Numbered from the stretch's first letter, positions 1 through 12,723 are shown. The stretch: DNA of 64,000 nucleotides from Eledone cirrhosa (GCA_964016885.1 OZ024750.1:558001-622000); one strand, 5' to 3'. Program-made: numbers and translations. Notes: a model not told the origin generated them from the letters alone.

Positions 1-393
1 GAGTTTCGGCTTGTCTTAATAAATCCAGAAATAAGATTTAGCTGCAATAAGATTTTGATAATCTGAAAATCTTTGGCTGGAGGCCAAATAGCCATAAGAC
101 AGCAACATAAATCACTTAAGTACAGATGTCAGGATAGATTTGTGTAAAACCAAAACTATAAACTTTCTTCTCAAAATAAGATAGAAAAATTATTTATAAC
201 AATTTTAATGAAGTTATAAATGTATTTATTATTAATGTTTGTGGTTCGGTTTATAGAAACATTGTCACCATGTGTGTATGTGTGTGTGTATGTGTGTCTG
301 TGTGTGTATGTGTGTATGTGTATAATGTCAGCATGGAAAACAGACATAAGATTGATGATGATATATATAATTAGTTACAACAGTAATATATAC

Positions 394-438
394 AGGTACT
401 TAAGTTTCGTTGGTTATGCACCCCGACTCATTCAGCCT
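394..438 (-). ncRNA. Type I hammerhead-like motif with a 1-nt core insertion
   Basis: - strand reads AGG CTGAATGA GTCGG(GGTGCATAA)CCAAC GAAA CTTAAG TA CCT. Confidence 0.45.
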
Positions 439-531
439 CTTTTGGGAAGATTATCTGAGAGCTCATCTCCATGATTTGTTGTCTCTTTGGTCTCAGCACC
501 ACAGACTCCCTTTCTCTCTCTCTATAGTGTG

Positions 532-575
<44 letters not shown>

Positions 576-3500
576 GTCAGCATGTACAACTTATTCTAGT
601 TGCCACAGTAAATATTTGCCTGATGAAAAGAGCAAAGAATGTGGTAAAATGGATCACAGCAAAAATATTCTGTTTTAAGTGGTGAGAAATGTCATTGAAA
701 ATGTCTTGTTCTTGATAAGAAGGGGTGGGGTGTATAACAACAGTTGACAGATATCTCAATAATGTCTGAAATATTTACAACCAAACAACCAACCAATTCA
801 CTATGGAGATATTTAAAGACATGTTATATACATAGATTGATATTACATGAGGAAAGGCTGAAAGGTTCATAGGTGGAAAGTTCATAGGCTGACTAAGATA
901 CTCTCATGGAATGACCTAATGAGGTTTATTTTTCAACATACTTCCTGGAAAGAAACAATACAGTTATTTATAAGAAGAGTTGAAATTAATGCATGCAAGA
1001 TTTCACGGCTCTAGCATCACTCCCTCATTGTCAGCCTGTGAACTTTTCAGTCAACCCTTGTAGCAGCCAAACTTCAGACAAATTGTATTTTAAGTATGGA
1101 AATAACACATTGAATAATGTAATCTTCAATAAACTCCTAAAAAGATGGGGTGGTCACAGCTGGAATGTCTTTGATAATAGGTCTTCTTGAGTTAATATGG
1201 GGCTACACAACAACAACAAAATTAAGAGATCTGAGAAAGTTAATTGTAATTTCGAAAGAATTACGTCTAGTGCTGACATCTACAGGAGATATGTGATATT
1301 TCACTAAATTGAAGCAATAAAGGGAATTAATAAATGGCAGTAACAGGAAACAAGTATAATGTCAACTGCCAACAGGATTTAATGTTTCACCAATTCTCTT
1401 TACTTCAATGTCTTATATATTAGATCAGGCGTAGATTTTTGTTGTGACGTCTACAATATCTTTCAATTTAACTCTTCTTTTGTTTCATTTAATGACAGTA
1501 TTTCTCTTTGCACAGTAACTTAATTTTTAAGGTCTTACTTTAGTTACCAACCCAACCCCCAGGACATAACTGGTAGTTTATTACATTGACCCCTAGGACG
1601 TTACTAGTACTTTATTTTATTGACCCCCGTAACTTTGGCACGATTTGACTTCAGAACGTAACTCTATACTGCAAAACATGGTGTCCGACCCTCTACTGAT
1701 ATAGAATAATAAATAATAATAATAATGCTGGGAACAGCAAGAACCCTCCAAAACGTCCTGAATATCTGAGGCTGTAGGTAGCGGCTTTATGTTCATTTGA
1801 ACAAACTTTCCAGTTAAATAACATCAATGACTGAGACTCCAAGAATAATAATATTTATAATACTTATTTTGTTTAGTTCTATTATTAATGTCATATTTAT
1901 CATTTGTCATTTTATCTGTCTATCATTAAATGATAACAACTGTTGCAACAAACAACACATTCAGTTATGTCACCAATAACAACTGTTGTAACAAACAACA
2001 CCTTCAGTTATGTCACCAATAACAACTGTTGCAACAAACAACATATTCAGTTATGTCACCAATAACAACTGTTGCAACAAACAACACCTTCAGTTATGTC
2101 ACCAATAACAACTGTTGCAACAAACAACACATTCAGTTATGTCACCAATAACAACTGTTGTAACAAACAACACATTCAGTTATGTCACCAATAACAACTG
2201 TTGCAACAAACAACACATTCAGTTATGTCACCAATAACAACTGTTGCAACAAACAACACCTTCAGTTATGTCACCAATAACAACTGTTGCAACAAACAAC
2301 ACATTCAGTTATGTCACCAATAACAACTGTTGCAACAAACAACACCTTCAGTTATGTCACCAATAACAACTGTTGCAACAAACAACACCTTCAGTTATGT
2401 CACCAATAACAACTGTTGCAACAAACAACACATTCAGTTATGTCACCAATAACAACTGTTGCAACAAACAACACATTCAGTTATGTCACCAATAACAACT
2501 GTTGCAACAAACAACACCTTCAGTTATGTCACCAATAACAACTGTTGCAACAAACAACACATTCAGTTATGTCACCAATAACAACTGTTGCAACAAACAA
2601 CACCTTCAGTTATGTCACCAATAACAACTGTTGCAACAAACAACACCTTCAGTTATGTCACCAATAACAACTGTTGCAACAAACAACACATTCAGTTATG
2701 TCACCAATAACAACTGTTGCAACAAACAACACATTCAGTTATGTCACCAATAACAACTGTTGCAACAAACAACACCTTCAATTATGTCACCAATAACAAC
2801 TGTTGCAACAAACAACACCTTCAGTTATGTCACCAATAACAACTGTTGCAACAAACAACACCTTCAATTATGTCACCAATGATAACTGTTGTAACAAACA
2901 ACACCTTCAGTTATGTCACCAATATCAAGACACAAATAATTGATGAGTGACCTTTTGAAAAACTACTGACCATTTCAGAGATCAATATAAATCAAATACT
3001 TGAGGAACTTCTTTCAATCCAACAAGTGAGATTCATTTGATAATGAAAATATAACAATAAATGTGTCTTTTTAAAATTCCTATTATCTCAAGAAATGGGA
3101 TTATTTGTTTCAAGATGCAGTCTTAAGAACTATCTGCACAGCACAGCTAAGATAGTTGTCATGGCAATAAAGATAAACAATTATTGAAATGCAATGACAT
3201 TCAGCAATTTAAATACACAGAGACAAGAGGGTGATTCCATAATTATAAGAGACAGACTAGACTAGAAATATATAACCAGCATGTGTGATAGTGTATCACT
3301 TGAGACTTCTGGACTTCTCAGTTCTTGAACTTCTCTTTTCCTCTGTAAAATCTGCTGGAGTGTATCTGCTTGATCAAAGTTGATCTGTGGATAAACAAGA
3401 ACAAAAACAGCAACAGTATTATGATAGCTTCACATCATTTATCAAGGTTGGAGTGTTGTGAAGGCGTGGGGCTTGTGAAAGCATGTGGCTTAGTGGTTAG

Positions 3501-5478
3501 AGAATTGGATTCACAATCATGAGCTTGTGAGTTTGATTCCCATACGTTCGTGGTGGCAGTGGTGGCAGCACGGTAGTGGTGGTGGTGGTGGTCATGGTTG
3601 TGACCTTGGTGGTGGTAATAATGAAGATGATGATGAATATAAACTTCATATTTTGTTTAAGTATATTTCAAGCAAAGGGTAGGTTTTCAATGAAACTTGG
3701 CAGTTTAAAATGTCTCATTAATTTAATCAAAGCTGGATATGTTTTTAATTGATGAGTAACATTTTTCAAACAGAAATATAGGCAAATGTAAGGGAAAAAA
3801 AAATTGAATTTTGCATTTTCAAAAGTTATTAACTTCTAGACATTCATTTTCTCAAGTTGATTTAAGAAACCAATAATTTCTTTTACATTCTGCAATAATT
3901 TATTTTTGGGCTAATTATTTCTACTTTTAGAAATAATTAGTGCAGCTAAATTGCAGAGAATTTAAGTAAAAATAAAAATAAAGGAGTAACTAGAGTCAGT
4001 TTAAAGATCATAGGAAAGCATAACTGAAGATAATGATCACTCCTGAAGTGTAAAAAGGGCATGAATGAATTATATGACGTTTAGAGGGGGGGGGGGGGGG
4101 GCAAATAAATGAATAAAGAAAGAAAGAAGAAAAGAAGGAAGGGAAGAAAGAAAGAAAGAAAGAAAGAGGTAAACATAAAAATAATTACTTAAATATAATT
4201 CATAGTAAAAATGTTTCAGTGTTTGACTTGTGATATTTGGTTTGATAGTAAGATGGTTTGATGGTAAGATGGTTTGATGGTTTGATGATAAGATGGTTTG
4301 ATAGTAAGATGGTTTGATAGTAAAATGGTTTGATAGTAAAATGGTTTGATAGTAAGATGGTTTGATGGTAAGATGGTTTGATGTGCAATGTCAATGTGCG
4401 TGAACGACCAAGCATAGACGAGTTGAGAAAGAAACTGGGTATAAGAGGGATAAGTTGTGGTGTGCAGGAGAAAAGGCTGAGATGGTATGGACATGTGATA
4501 TTCATGGAGGATGACCCCTGAGTAAAGAAGTGCCAAGAAATCCCAGTAGAAGGAAGACGCAGTAGAGGTAGACCGCGTAAAACATGCGCGGAGGTGGTGA
4601 GAGCAGACCTCAGATCGCTGAAACTCACCGAGGAGATGACGAAGGACCGTGACAAGTGGAGAGATGCTATGCTGAATAGGACCCGTCCAACCCATGCAAG
4701 CAGGGAAAAGCGGATGTAAAATGATGATGATGATGGTTTGATGGTAAGCTGGTTAAAATGGTTTGATAGTAAGATAGTAAGATGGTTTAATGTTTAGATG
4801 GTTTGATAGTAAGATTGTTTTTCAGTTGTTACCCAAAATTCATGACCATAAATATATAAAGGTAGGTACAAACACTGAATTGGGACCATTCCATCTTTCC
4901 TTTTTTTTTCAGGTAAAATGTATCTAGGACAATACTAGCCCATGCATGCTTCCCGTTTTTTTAAGATGGAAGAGTGTGATATGAAGGAAATTAAGCTGCT
5001 AATTCTAGTAGGTTAAACAACCATATATACACATCCTCAATGGTTTGCATGTGACATAGTGGTTGGGGTGCTGAGCTGAGGATCATAAGGTTATGAGTTT
5101 GATTTCCAGACTGGGCAGTGTATTGTGTCCTTGAGCAAGACACTTTATTTTATGTTCCTTCAGTCTACTCAGCTGGCAAAAATAAGTTGTACCTGTAATT
5201 CAAAGGACTGACCACGTCAGACATGCTTAATTTCCCTGAGAACTGCATTAACAGTGAATGTGTCTTGTGGAATGCTCAACCACTTCCACGTTAATTTCAC
5301 GAGACAGCAGTTCTATTGATTAAATCAGCTGGAGGACTTGACATGGAAAACAATGGAGGTCTGACAACCCTGACTACAGTTTACTTAAGTATGGACTGAG
5401 GAACTTGTTGCTCAGATCAATAACAGTTTTTTAATATGTCCATGACAACTGCTGCTGCCGCCACCACTACCATTACTT

Positions 5479-5529
<51 letters not shown>

Positions 5530-6952
5530 TTGAGGTGTATAATGTCTTTGTATTCAAATCTGATGTTATACAAGCTTTCTCTAATTAACTTGAGGTTTAA
5601 TTAAATATTTGTTTTTCATTTGACCAATAATGTGTATAATTAGCATGTACCTCCTAATGTACTTGTCAAGTAATACTTGTGTCTAGAAATAGTCTTTTTA
5701 ATTAATTTTTGTGCTTTTGTGTATTTTAGATAGTAAATTTGACACAGATTCTTCAACTTTAGCATACTTACGAGGGTCAACTAAAAGTTCATCCTTTCAT
5801 GGAATGACCAAATGAGGTTTATATTTTTCAACATAGTCCCTGAAAAGAAACAATGCAGTTATTAATAAGAAGAGTTGAAATTAATACATGCAAAATTTCA
5901 CAGCTCTAGCATCACTCATTCATAGTCAATGTATGAACTTTTCAGCCTACCCTTAGTTTCCACACAGGCATTGAAGATCTACACTTTTAAACTACAGAAG
6001 ACTACTTTAAGATTCCTGTCTTTTTCTATGGCTTTGTAATGGATTTAATCTAAGACATTTATCATTGTATCTTGGTCAGCCTATCAACCTATCAACCTAT
6101 AAACCTACTTACCTATCAACCTATCAACCTATGAACTTTTCAGCTAGCCCTCGTCTATCTCAACCTAAAACCATTTATTGTTGTTGTTGTTTAGCCCAGG
6201 TCAATAAGGATCAGTCATAAACATCCCACCTTTATTCAGGCCTAGTAAATCTAGGACTAAATTCATTAATGATTCCTTTCCTTTTCTAAGACAACAGAGT
6301 GTGATATGGCAGATGTTTAATTGCTATTTATAAAAGACCAAACCACTTCATGTTAGAGGCTTCTGTATTTGTTCACTGCGAAGCCATTTAACCCTTTTGT
6401 TACTAACCTGGTCTCAACCAGCCCTGATTCTCTGTAATAAAACCACCCATTTTAAAGGTCTTCCAACATAATTTTATATAAGATCCTTACATTAAGTTAC
6501 TATCTTAATGAAATAATTAATAATTTTAGTAACCCCCTCAAAATTCTTCATCAAATTAATTGAAATAAAGGGTTTTTCTTTAGACATTTGGTCCTTTGAA
6601 CAAAAAAAAAAGATAGATGGTTGCATTTTGATATTGTTAATTTCACCATTTAAAGCAGATATGTACATATATCTAACAGACTTCTTTGATGATTCACTGA
6701 AAATAGCAGAAGCAACTTAATCAAGTACTTGGTACTGTCATTCTTGATATCATAGATAACATCTAGAATACAAGGAAAGTAATTTGAGGGAGAATAATTT
6801 CTTGATAGAAGAAAAGATTATTCCTCAAGCCATTCTTATCCTACTGTCATCACTCACCATCTTAGCATTCAGTTAACTTATCCATTCTTATGATATATGG
6901 AAACTCAGTTCAATCATGCAATGTATCTTACCAAAAATTTGTATAAGTCCAT
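432..6952 (-). CDS. Candidate spliced 72-aa protein of unknown function
   Basis: Exons 6952-6932 (AAAATGG start, donor TTG|gtaaga), 3384-3277 (acceptor ttgtttatccacag, weak donor CTG|gttata) and 521-432 (acceptor tatag, TGA) are all phase 0; - strand AATAAA at 230-225. No homology recognised. Confidence 0.4.
1933..2925. repeat. 43-bp minisatellite, about 23 copies
   Basis: Unit ATAACAACTGTTGCAACAAACAACAC(A/C)TTCAGTTATGTCACCA; the period checks at 1933, 2363 and 2793; no spacers. Confidence 0.97.
4237..4817. repeat. 17-bp minisatellite (TGGTTTGATAGTAAGA-like) split by the RTE fragment
   Basis: About 8 units at 4237-4383 and about 4 degenerate units at 4733-4817. Confidence 0.9.
4381..4735 (+). 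mobile_element. RTE LINE 3' fragment
   Basis: Closely matches 10420-10775, has an in-frame stop and ends in (TGA)n. Confidence 0.92.
5050..5330 (+). mobile_element. tRNA-head CORE-like SINE
   Basis: tagtggtt..gagtttgatttcc..gtgtccttgagcaagacactttattt..tactcagctg; relatives near 3481-3545, 26325-26480, 46985-47228 (-) and 48300-48480 (-). Confidence 0.75.
5478..5529. repeat. (CTA)n microsatellite
   Basis: Direct reading. Confidence 0.95.
5771..5953. mobile_element. Tc1/mariner-type MITE (same family as 62363)
   Basis: ta|cgagggtcaactaaaagttcat ... atgaacttttcagcctaccct. Confidence 0.8.
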
Positions 6953-7139
6953 TTTCACAGTCTAATGGATTATATCTGGCTTTCATTTTAGGTCTTCTCC
7001 CTTCTCCCTTCACTGTCCATAATCCTCAACCATACATATGATATCATATGTGTGTGTGTGTGTGTCACTCTGGAGTTTCACCTGCTTCTCACATTGTCAT
7101 CAGACAAGAACTATGCATATATATGTGTATCTGTGTCTA

Positions 7140-7188
<49 letters not shown>

Positions 7189-8685
7189 ATATAGTGTATG
7201 TGTGTATATGTATGCATGCGTGAATGTATGTATGCATGTGTATGTAGGTATATTCAATTACCTACATCTTGTAGAAGAATAATCTCTCCACAAAGCTAAT
7301 ATATAAAAGTGTTAAACTTTACAGATTAAATGAGAGAAGCTATTATACAAATCAATCCTATCACTATAAATCAACTTACAAACATCAATAATGATAATGT
7401 CAGTGGTGCCATTAGTGAATGTTATAATGCAAACTGTCGCAATGAAGTTGTACTGGTGTCATAATAGATACAACCACAGGCCCATTCTGCAGAGCTTCTG
7501 TTACAGTTTTGGGATTGGAGGTTAACTCTCTACACTTGACAAGGACATCTCCCACCGACTTTGGGGTGGGTGAGAGATGTTTTCTCTTGTGAAAATGGGT
7601 ATAGCTTTCATTATCTAAAATCTCCTTATTTCTCCTAATTTTGGGGAATTTTTTTCATGGTACTCCGTTTGGGTTTTTGGAGGTTGGCAGGTCTGTATAC
7701 TGTACATGTGTATTATTATTATTATTACTAGTCGATAAAATAAAGTACCAGTAATGCACTGGGTAATTGCTGGCCTTGTGCCTAAAAGTAGAAACAATTA
7801 TTATTACTAGCTCACACTTTTTTTAATCACCAATACAAGACTAAAGATAGAATCCAGAAAATACATTTAAAACTAGGCACCCACAATATACCCACTCCTT
7901 CATTTAGAAACAGAAGTAACAGAAATTCTAACTTGCTATCCAATATTTCAAGAGTTTGAAGGAGAATGGATGTGACAGCACTTCAAGAATTTAATCTCAA
8001 GTTTAAACTGCAACACTTTGTGTTAGTAAAAATATTTTTTCTGGTCAAGAAAAACAAAATTATTTTGATATGCTTAACCAAAGATAAGTACAGAAACAAG
8101 GACAAATAACTCTTAAAGAAGATATTTCAACTATAAGCAATAACATTTTGACAAGGGAACCTCTATATAGTCTTTCAACTTGCTAGAAATAGCAGACAAA
8201 ACCTCCTCAGATCTCACCCCATTGTCTTTAAAAAAGATGTTTTGTATAATATGGTCATTGGTTCGCTCTACATTAAGAAAAAATCATCCACAACGACTTT
8301 TAGGTCGCGAAATATTGGACAGATAAAACAACAACAACAACAGCAACAAAAACAAACAAAGATTACCAGGTAACTTACTTTTACTTTTTGTTACCTCATC
8401 TTACAGTCCATTTTGCATTGTTTAGCCTTCTATCTTTTTCAACATTATATATATATATATATCAGAAATATATATATATATATGTAAAGGTAAGATGGTG
8501 TTTCTCATAATTGAGTTATAGGGACGCAGTCATGATACACAGTGTGTGATGGGCATTTTAAAGGCAGCGCCCTATAGGAATTCATAACAAGATGATATCA
8601 ATGCAAAAGACACTATCTACAGGATAGTCTGTTCACACAGAGACACTCACATAGACGTATTTATATTCTTATATATACATGTATG

Positions 8686-8718
<33 letters not shown>

Positions 8719-8746
8719 GAATATATATATACACACATGTATACAT

Positions 8747-10775
8747 GGGTGGGAGTAGGGAAGAATATACAGCCACTAAGAGAGAAGCTAGACGTCAGGT
8801 GTACTTAGCACGCAGGGAGGCAGAGAGTAGGAGGTTTGCCAATGTTCTGCGATGGGAAGATCAGAGGCGTGCGGTGTTCCACATTGCAAGGCAGTGTCAA
8901 TGCAAATCAGGATGTTGTTGGAGATAAATGTGTCCGGGATGATGCCGGTGTACTTAGTGTCACGAATGATCAGAAAAAGGAGGCCTGGAAATGTCATTAT
9001 GAGAGACTGATGAATGTGGAGAACGAATGGGAGAGAGAGAAATTACCCTTGGTGGATCCGACAGAGGGACCAGCTATTGAGATTGACGAATATAGGGTCC
9101 AAGAGGCGATTAGGGAAATGAAAAATGGTAAGGCTGCCGGACCATCGGGAATAGTTGCTGAGATGCTGAAGGCATCAGGGGACGTAGGCACTAAACTGGT
9201 TGCACGCATCATCAATCAGGCTATGTATGGTGGTGTCATACCCAAAGACTGGTGCAGCAGTATTCTCATAAATTGCTACAAAGGTAAAGGGGATGCTTTG
9301 GAGAGGAGCAATTATAGGGGTATAAAACTGATAGATCAGGTTATGAAAGTGGCAGAAAGGATTTTAGCACAACTAATTAGAGAAAGGGTCAAACTAGATG
9401 AGATGCAGTTTGGTTTTGTGCCTGGGAAGAGTACAACAGATGCCCTCTTCTTGGTGAGACAATTGCAAGAGAGGTTCTTAGAGAAGAATAAGCCACTATA
9501 CTTAGCCTTTGTTGACCTAGAGAAGGCCTTTGATAGGGTACCCCGATCTGTCATCTGGTGGTCCCTAAGGAAGCTAGGTGTTGAGGAATGGCTTGTGAGG
9601 ACAGTGCAAACTTTGTACAGAGGTACTCTCAGTAAAGTCAGGGAAGGAATGGAGTTTAGTGAGGAATTCCAGATACAAGTAGGAGTACATCAGGGTTCGG
9701 TCCTCAGCCCGCTCTTGTTCATTATAGTCCTCCAAGCCATAACAGAGGAGTTTAAGACTGGCTGTCCATGGGAACTTCTCTATGCTGACGATCTGGTTCT
9801 TATAGCAGAATCAGTAGAGGAGCTAGAGAATAAATTCTGGCTATGGAAACAGCAGTTGGAAGCAAGAGGACTGAGAGTGAATCTAGCTAAGACAGAAGTG
9901 TTGATGAGTAGAAAAGAGGACAAAACCCTGATTCCGTCAGGGAAATGGCCATGTTCGATATGCAGAAAAGGAACTGGCATAAATTCTATAAAATGCACAC
10001 AATGCAGATCCTGGGTACACAAGAGATGTAGCGGGATAGCAGGCAAACTAACAGGTAGGGAGAAATATGTATGCAGTAGATGTACAGGGAAATTAGACAG
10101 TAGAAGTCGCACTGATAGACACATTTTTCAAATGCAAGAGGGCGCTATAGAAGTGGTGGATAGCTTCCAGTACCTAGGAGATCAGATTAGCATGGGAGGA
10201 GGGTGTTCCGAGGCCATAGTATCTAGAATAAGGACGGGTTGGAAGAAGTTTAGGGAGCTGCTTCCTCTGTTGACGAAGAAGGGTTTCTCCGTGCGTACGA
10301 AAGGCCGGTTGTATGATGCCTGTGTGAGGAGCGCGATGCTGCATGGTAGTGAGACATGGGCAGCAACTGCAGAGGATATGCGACGGCTGGAGAGAAATGA
10401 GGCAAGCATGCTCCGTTGGATGTGCAGTGTAAATGTGCGTGAACGACCCAGCATAAATGTGTTGAGAGAGAAACTGTGTCTGAGAGGGATAGAATGTAGT
10501 GTACGGGAGAGGAGACTGAGGTGGTATGGACATGTGATGCGCATGGAGGATGACCGATGGGTGAAGAAGTGCCAGGAATTGCCAGTTGAAGGAAGACGTG
10601 GTAGAGGTAGACCACGAAAAACATGGGCGGAGGTGGTGAGAACAGACCTCAGATCATTGAAGCTCACGGTGGAGATGACGAGGGACAGTGACGAGTGGAG
10701 AGATGCTGTGCTGAATAAGACTCGTCCCACCCCTTGCAAGCAGGGAAAAGCGGACGTAAAATGATGATGATGATG
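8747..10775 (+). mobile_element. 5'-truncated RTE-clade LINE (RT with inserted PHD-like finger)
   Basis: RT motifs KAAGPSGI, QFGF, FVDLEKAFD, GVHQGSVLSP, LYADD and YLG; RTE C-terminus RLRWYGHV..GRGRPRKTW; (TGA)n tail; target duplication ATGTATACAT (8737-8746 and 10776-10785); one frameshift near 8897; no endonuclease. Confidence 0.95.
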
Positions 10776-11183
10776 ATGTATACATATATATATATATACA
10801 TATGCATGTACCTATATGTACATATGCATTAAACTTAAAAGTCAGGAGTGCCACTCAGTGTGAATTTGTCTATAGGTACTTAGCTTGAATTTTTTTCTGC
10901 CTTTGTTACTCTATAGTTTTTAGAGAATTCCTTTTTCTTTAAATCCATTAACCTATGACCTCCACCCATCCTAATTAGCACCCTCTGCTACCACTAGAAA
11001 ATGTATAAATACCACCATATTACTTGGACAGTTGGCTTGCTGATGATTTCTCCCAAATGAAACAGTTCTAGTCCTGTAGCAGCCATTTCTATATTATATA
11101 TATATATGTCTTATGGTAGCTAAGATCCGTACATAGGCGGTATGTCGGTTGAGCACTCTATGCTCCTATGGAGCAGAGTATAC

Positions 11184-11483
11184 TAGAATGGAAAACGAAA
11201 AATCAGTGATGCATCGGAACTCAATTTATTGCGTATTACAATTGTTTCCCCAGCGAACAGCTTGAGGAGCGATCTGTGTGTGGATCGACCTGACTCTGGA
11301 TTCGCAGGTTCCTCAGACACGTCTATTGATTTCGGAGCAGGTCCTCTCAGGAACCTGCGAATCCAGAGTCAGGTCGATCCACATAGAGATCGCACCTCGA
11401 GCTGTTCACCGGGGAAACAATTGTAATATGCAATAAATTGAGTTCCAATGCATCACTGATTTTTCGTTTTCCATTCCATTCTA
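11184..11483. repeat. Long fold-back: about 128-bp arms, 35-bp spacer
   Basis: 11186-11313 is the reverse complement of 11349-11476 with about 8 substitutions. Confidence 0.95.
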
Positions 11484-11599
11484 TATATATATATATATAT
11501 TACTCTTTTACTTGGCGTCATGCAGTAATACAGAAGACCCGACTTCCCATGGGTACAAGCATGAGCTGAAGCGTATAGACAATAGACCCCCCCCCCCTC

Positions 11600-11867
11600 C
11601 CACTTCAAAGTGGTTGTGGAGGTGCCACAGCAAAAAAGCACCCAGCCCACACTGTAAAGTGGACGTGTAGGCGCCACGGAAAAAAAGTACCCATCACTCA
11701 CTGTAAATGAGGTTGGTGTTAGGAAGGGCATCCAGCTGTAGAAATCAAACCAGAATCAGTTCCTGTATGAGCAAGACAAGGTCAGCCGACCAGACACTGC
11801 CCATAACAGGACAACCCGTCAAACCCATGCTAGCATGGAAGAACGGACGTAAAACAATGATGATGAT
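11600..11867 (+). mobile_element. RTE-tailed non-autonomous retroposon
   Basis: aaagcacccag..ctgtaaa..ggttggtgttaggaagggcatccagctgtagaaa..cccatgctagcatgg..atgatgatg; related copies near 24030-24300, 58240-58535 and 43900-44180 (-). Confidence 0.85.
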
Positions 11868-11992
11868 ATATATACACATGTATTCTTCTAACCAGTGTTC
11901 CATAGACATTGTGCTCACTGAAAATATTTGGTAATTGTGTACTCTTATATATGACTACAGTCAGGTTGAGTTGTATGTTGTATTACCCTTGC

Positions 11993-12029
<37 letters not shown>

Positions 12030-12054
12030 ATCTATTTATCTATCTCTATATATA

Positions 12055-12147
12055 TAATATCAATAATATTAATAAATGGAAAATATCTTTATAAAATAAA
12101 TATGGTTTTATAAAGATATTTTCCATTTATTAATATTATTGATATTA
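12055..12147. repeat. Perfect inverted repeat: 42-bp arms, 9-bp loop
   Basis: 12055-12096 versus 12106-12147. Confidence 0.95.
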
Positions 12148-12234
12148 ATTATACTCCAGAAAAATTGTTGAGTGCTTCTAATCTGTTATAAATTAACTTT
12201 GTTGAATAATCAACAAAACAAATAGCTCATTGTT

Positions 12235-12278
<44 letters not shown>

Positions 12279-12595
12279 GTGTGTGTCTTCATTTATCAGT
12301 TTCTTTAGTAAAATAGACTTGAAATAAGTAAGCAAATGGCCAACTAGTATCTCATTTAGAACAGACAAATAAAAATGTGTGTGTACATATCAACTTCTGG
12401 TTGAGTTTAAGCTCACTAATTAACACAATAGAAAGATAAGGGGAAATTTAATCTTAGCTGCAAATGGGATTATCACAATTCTTGTCTGTGTATTTCATGT
12501 ATGTCAACTGTTAGAGACATTTATATAAGAGTATTGTTCATTAGTGGTAGGGTGCTATGGTAGTTTATAGTAAAGTTAGAGGAGAGGAGGGGGAA

Positions 12596-12692
12596 ATATA
12601 TGTATATATGTGTTTGTATGTGTATATATATATATATATGTATGTATGCGTGTGTATATATGTATGTGTGTATATATATGTGTGTGTGTATG

Positions 12693-12723
<31 letters not shown>

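Noticed and set aside
1933-2925. CRISPR array
   Set aside because: Units are contiguous with no unique spacers, there are no cas genes, and the context is eukaryotic.
8529-8550. SECIS element (ATGA..GA)
   Set aside because: The helix is too short, there is no apical AA motif and no associated UGA-containing ORF.
11150-11186. Helitron 3' end (hairpin then CTAG)
   Set aside because: CTAG is followed by A rather than T, there is no convincing A|TC 5' end, and the hairpin is better explained by the shared TACTC..GAGTGCT motif.
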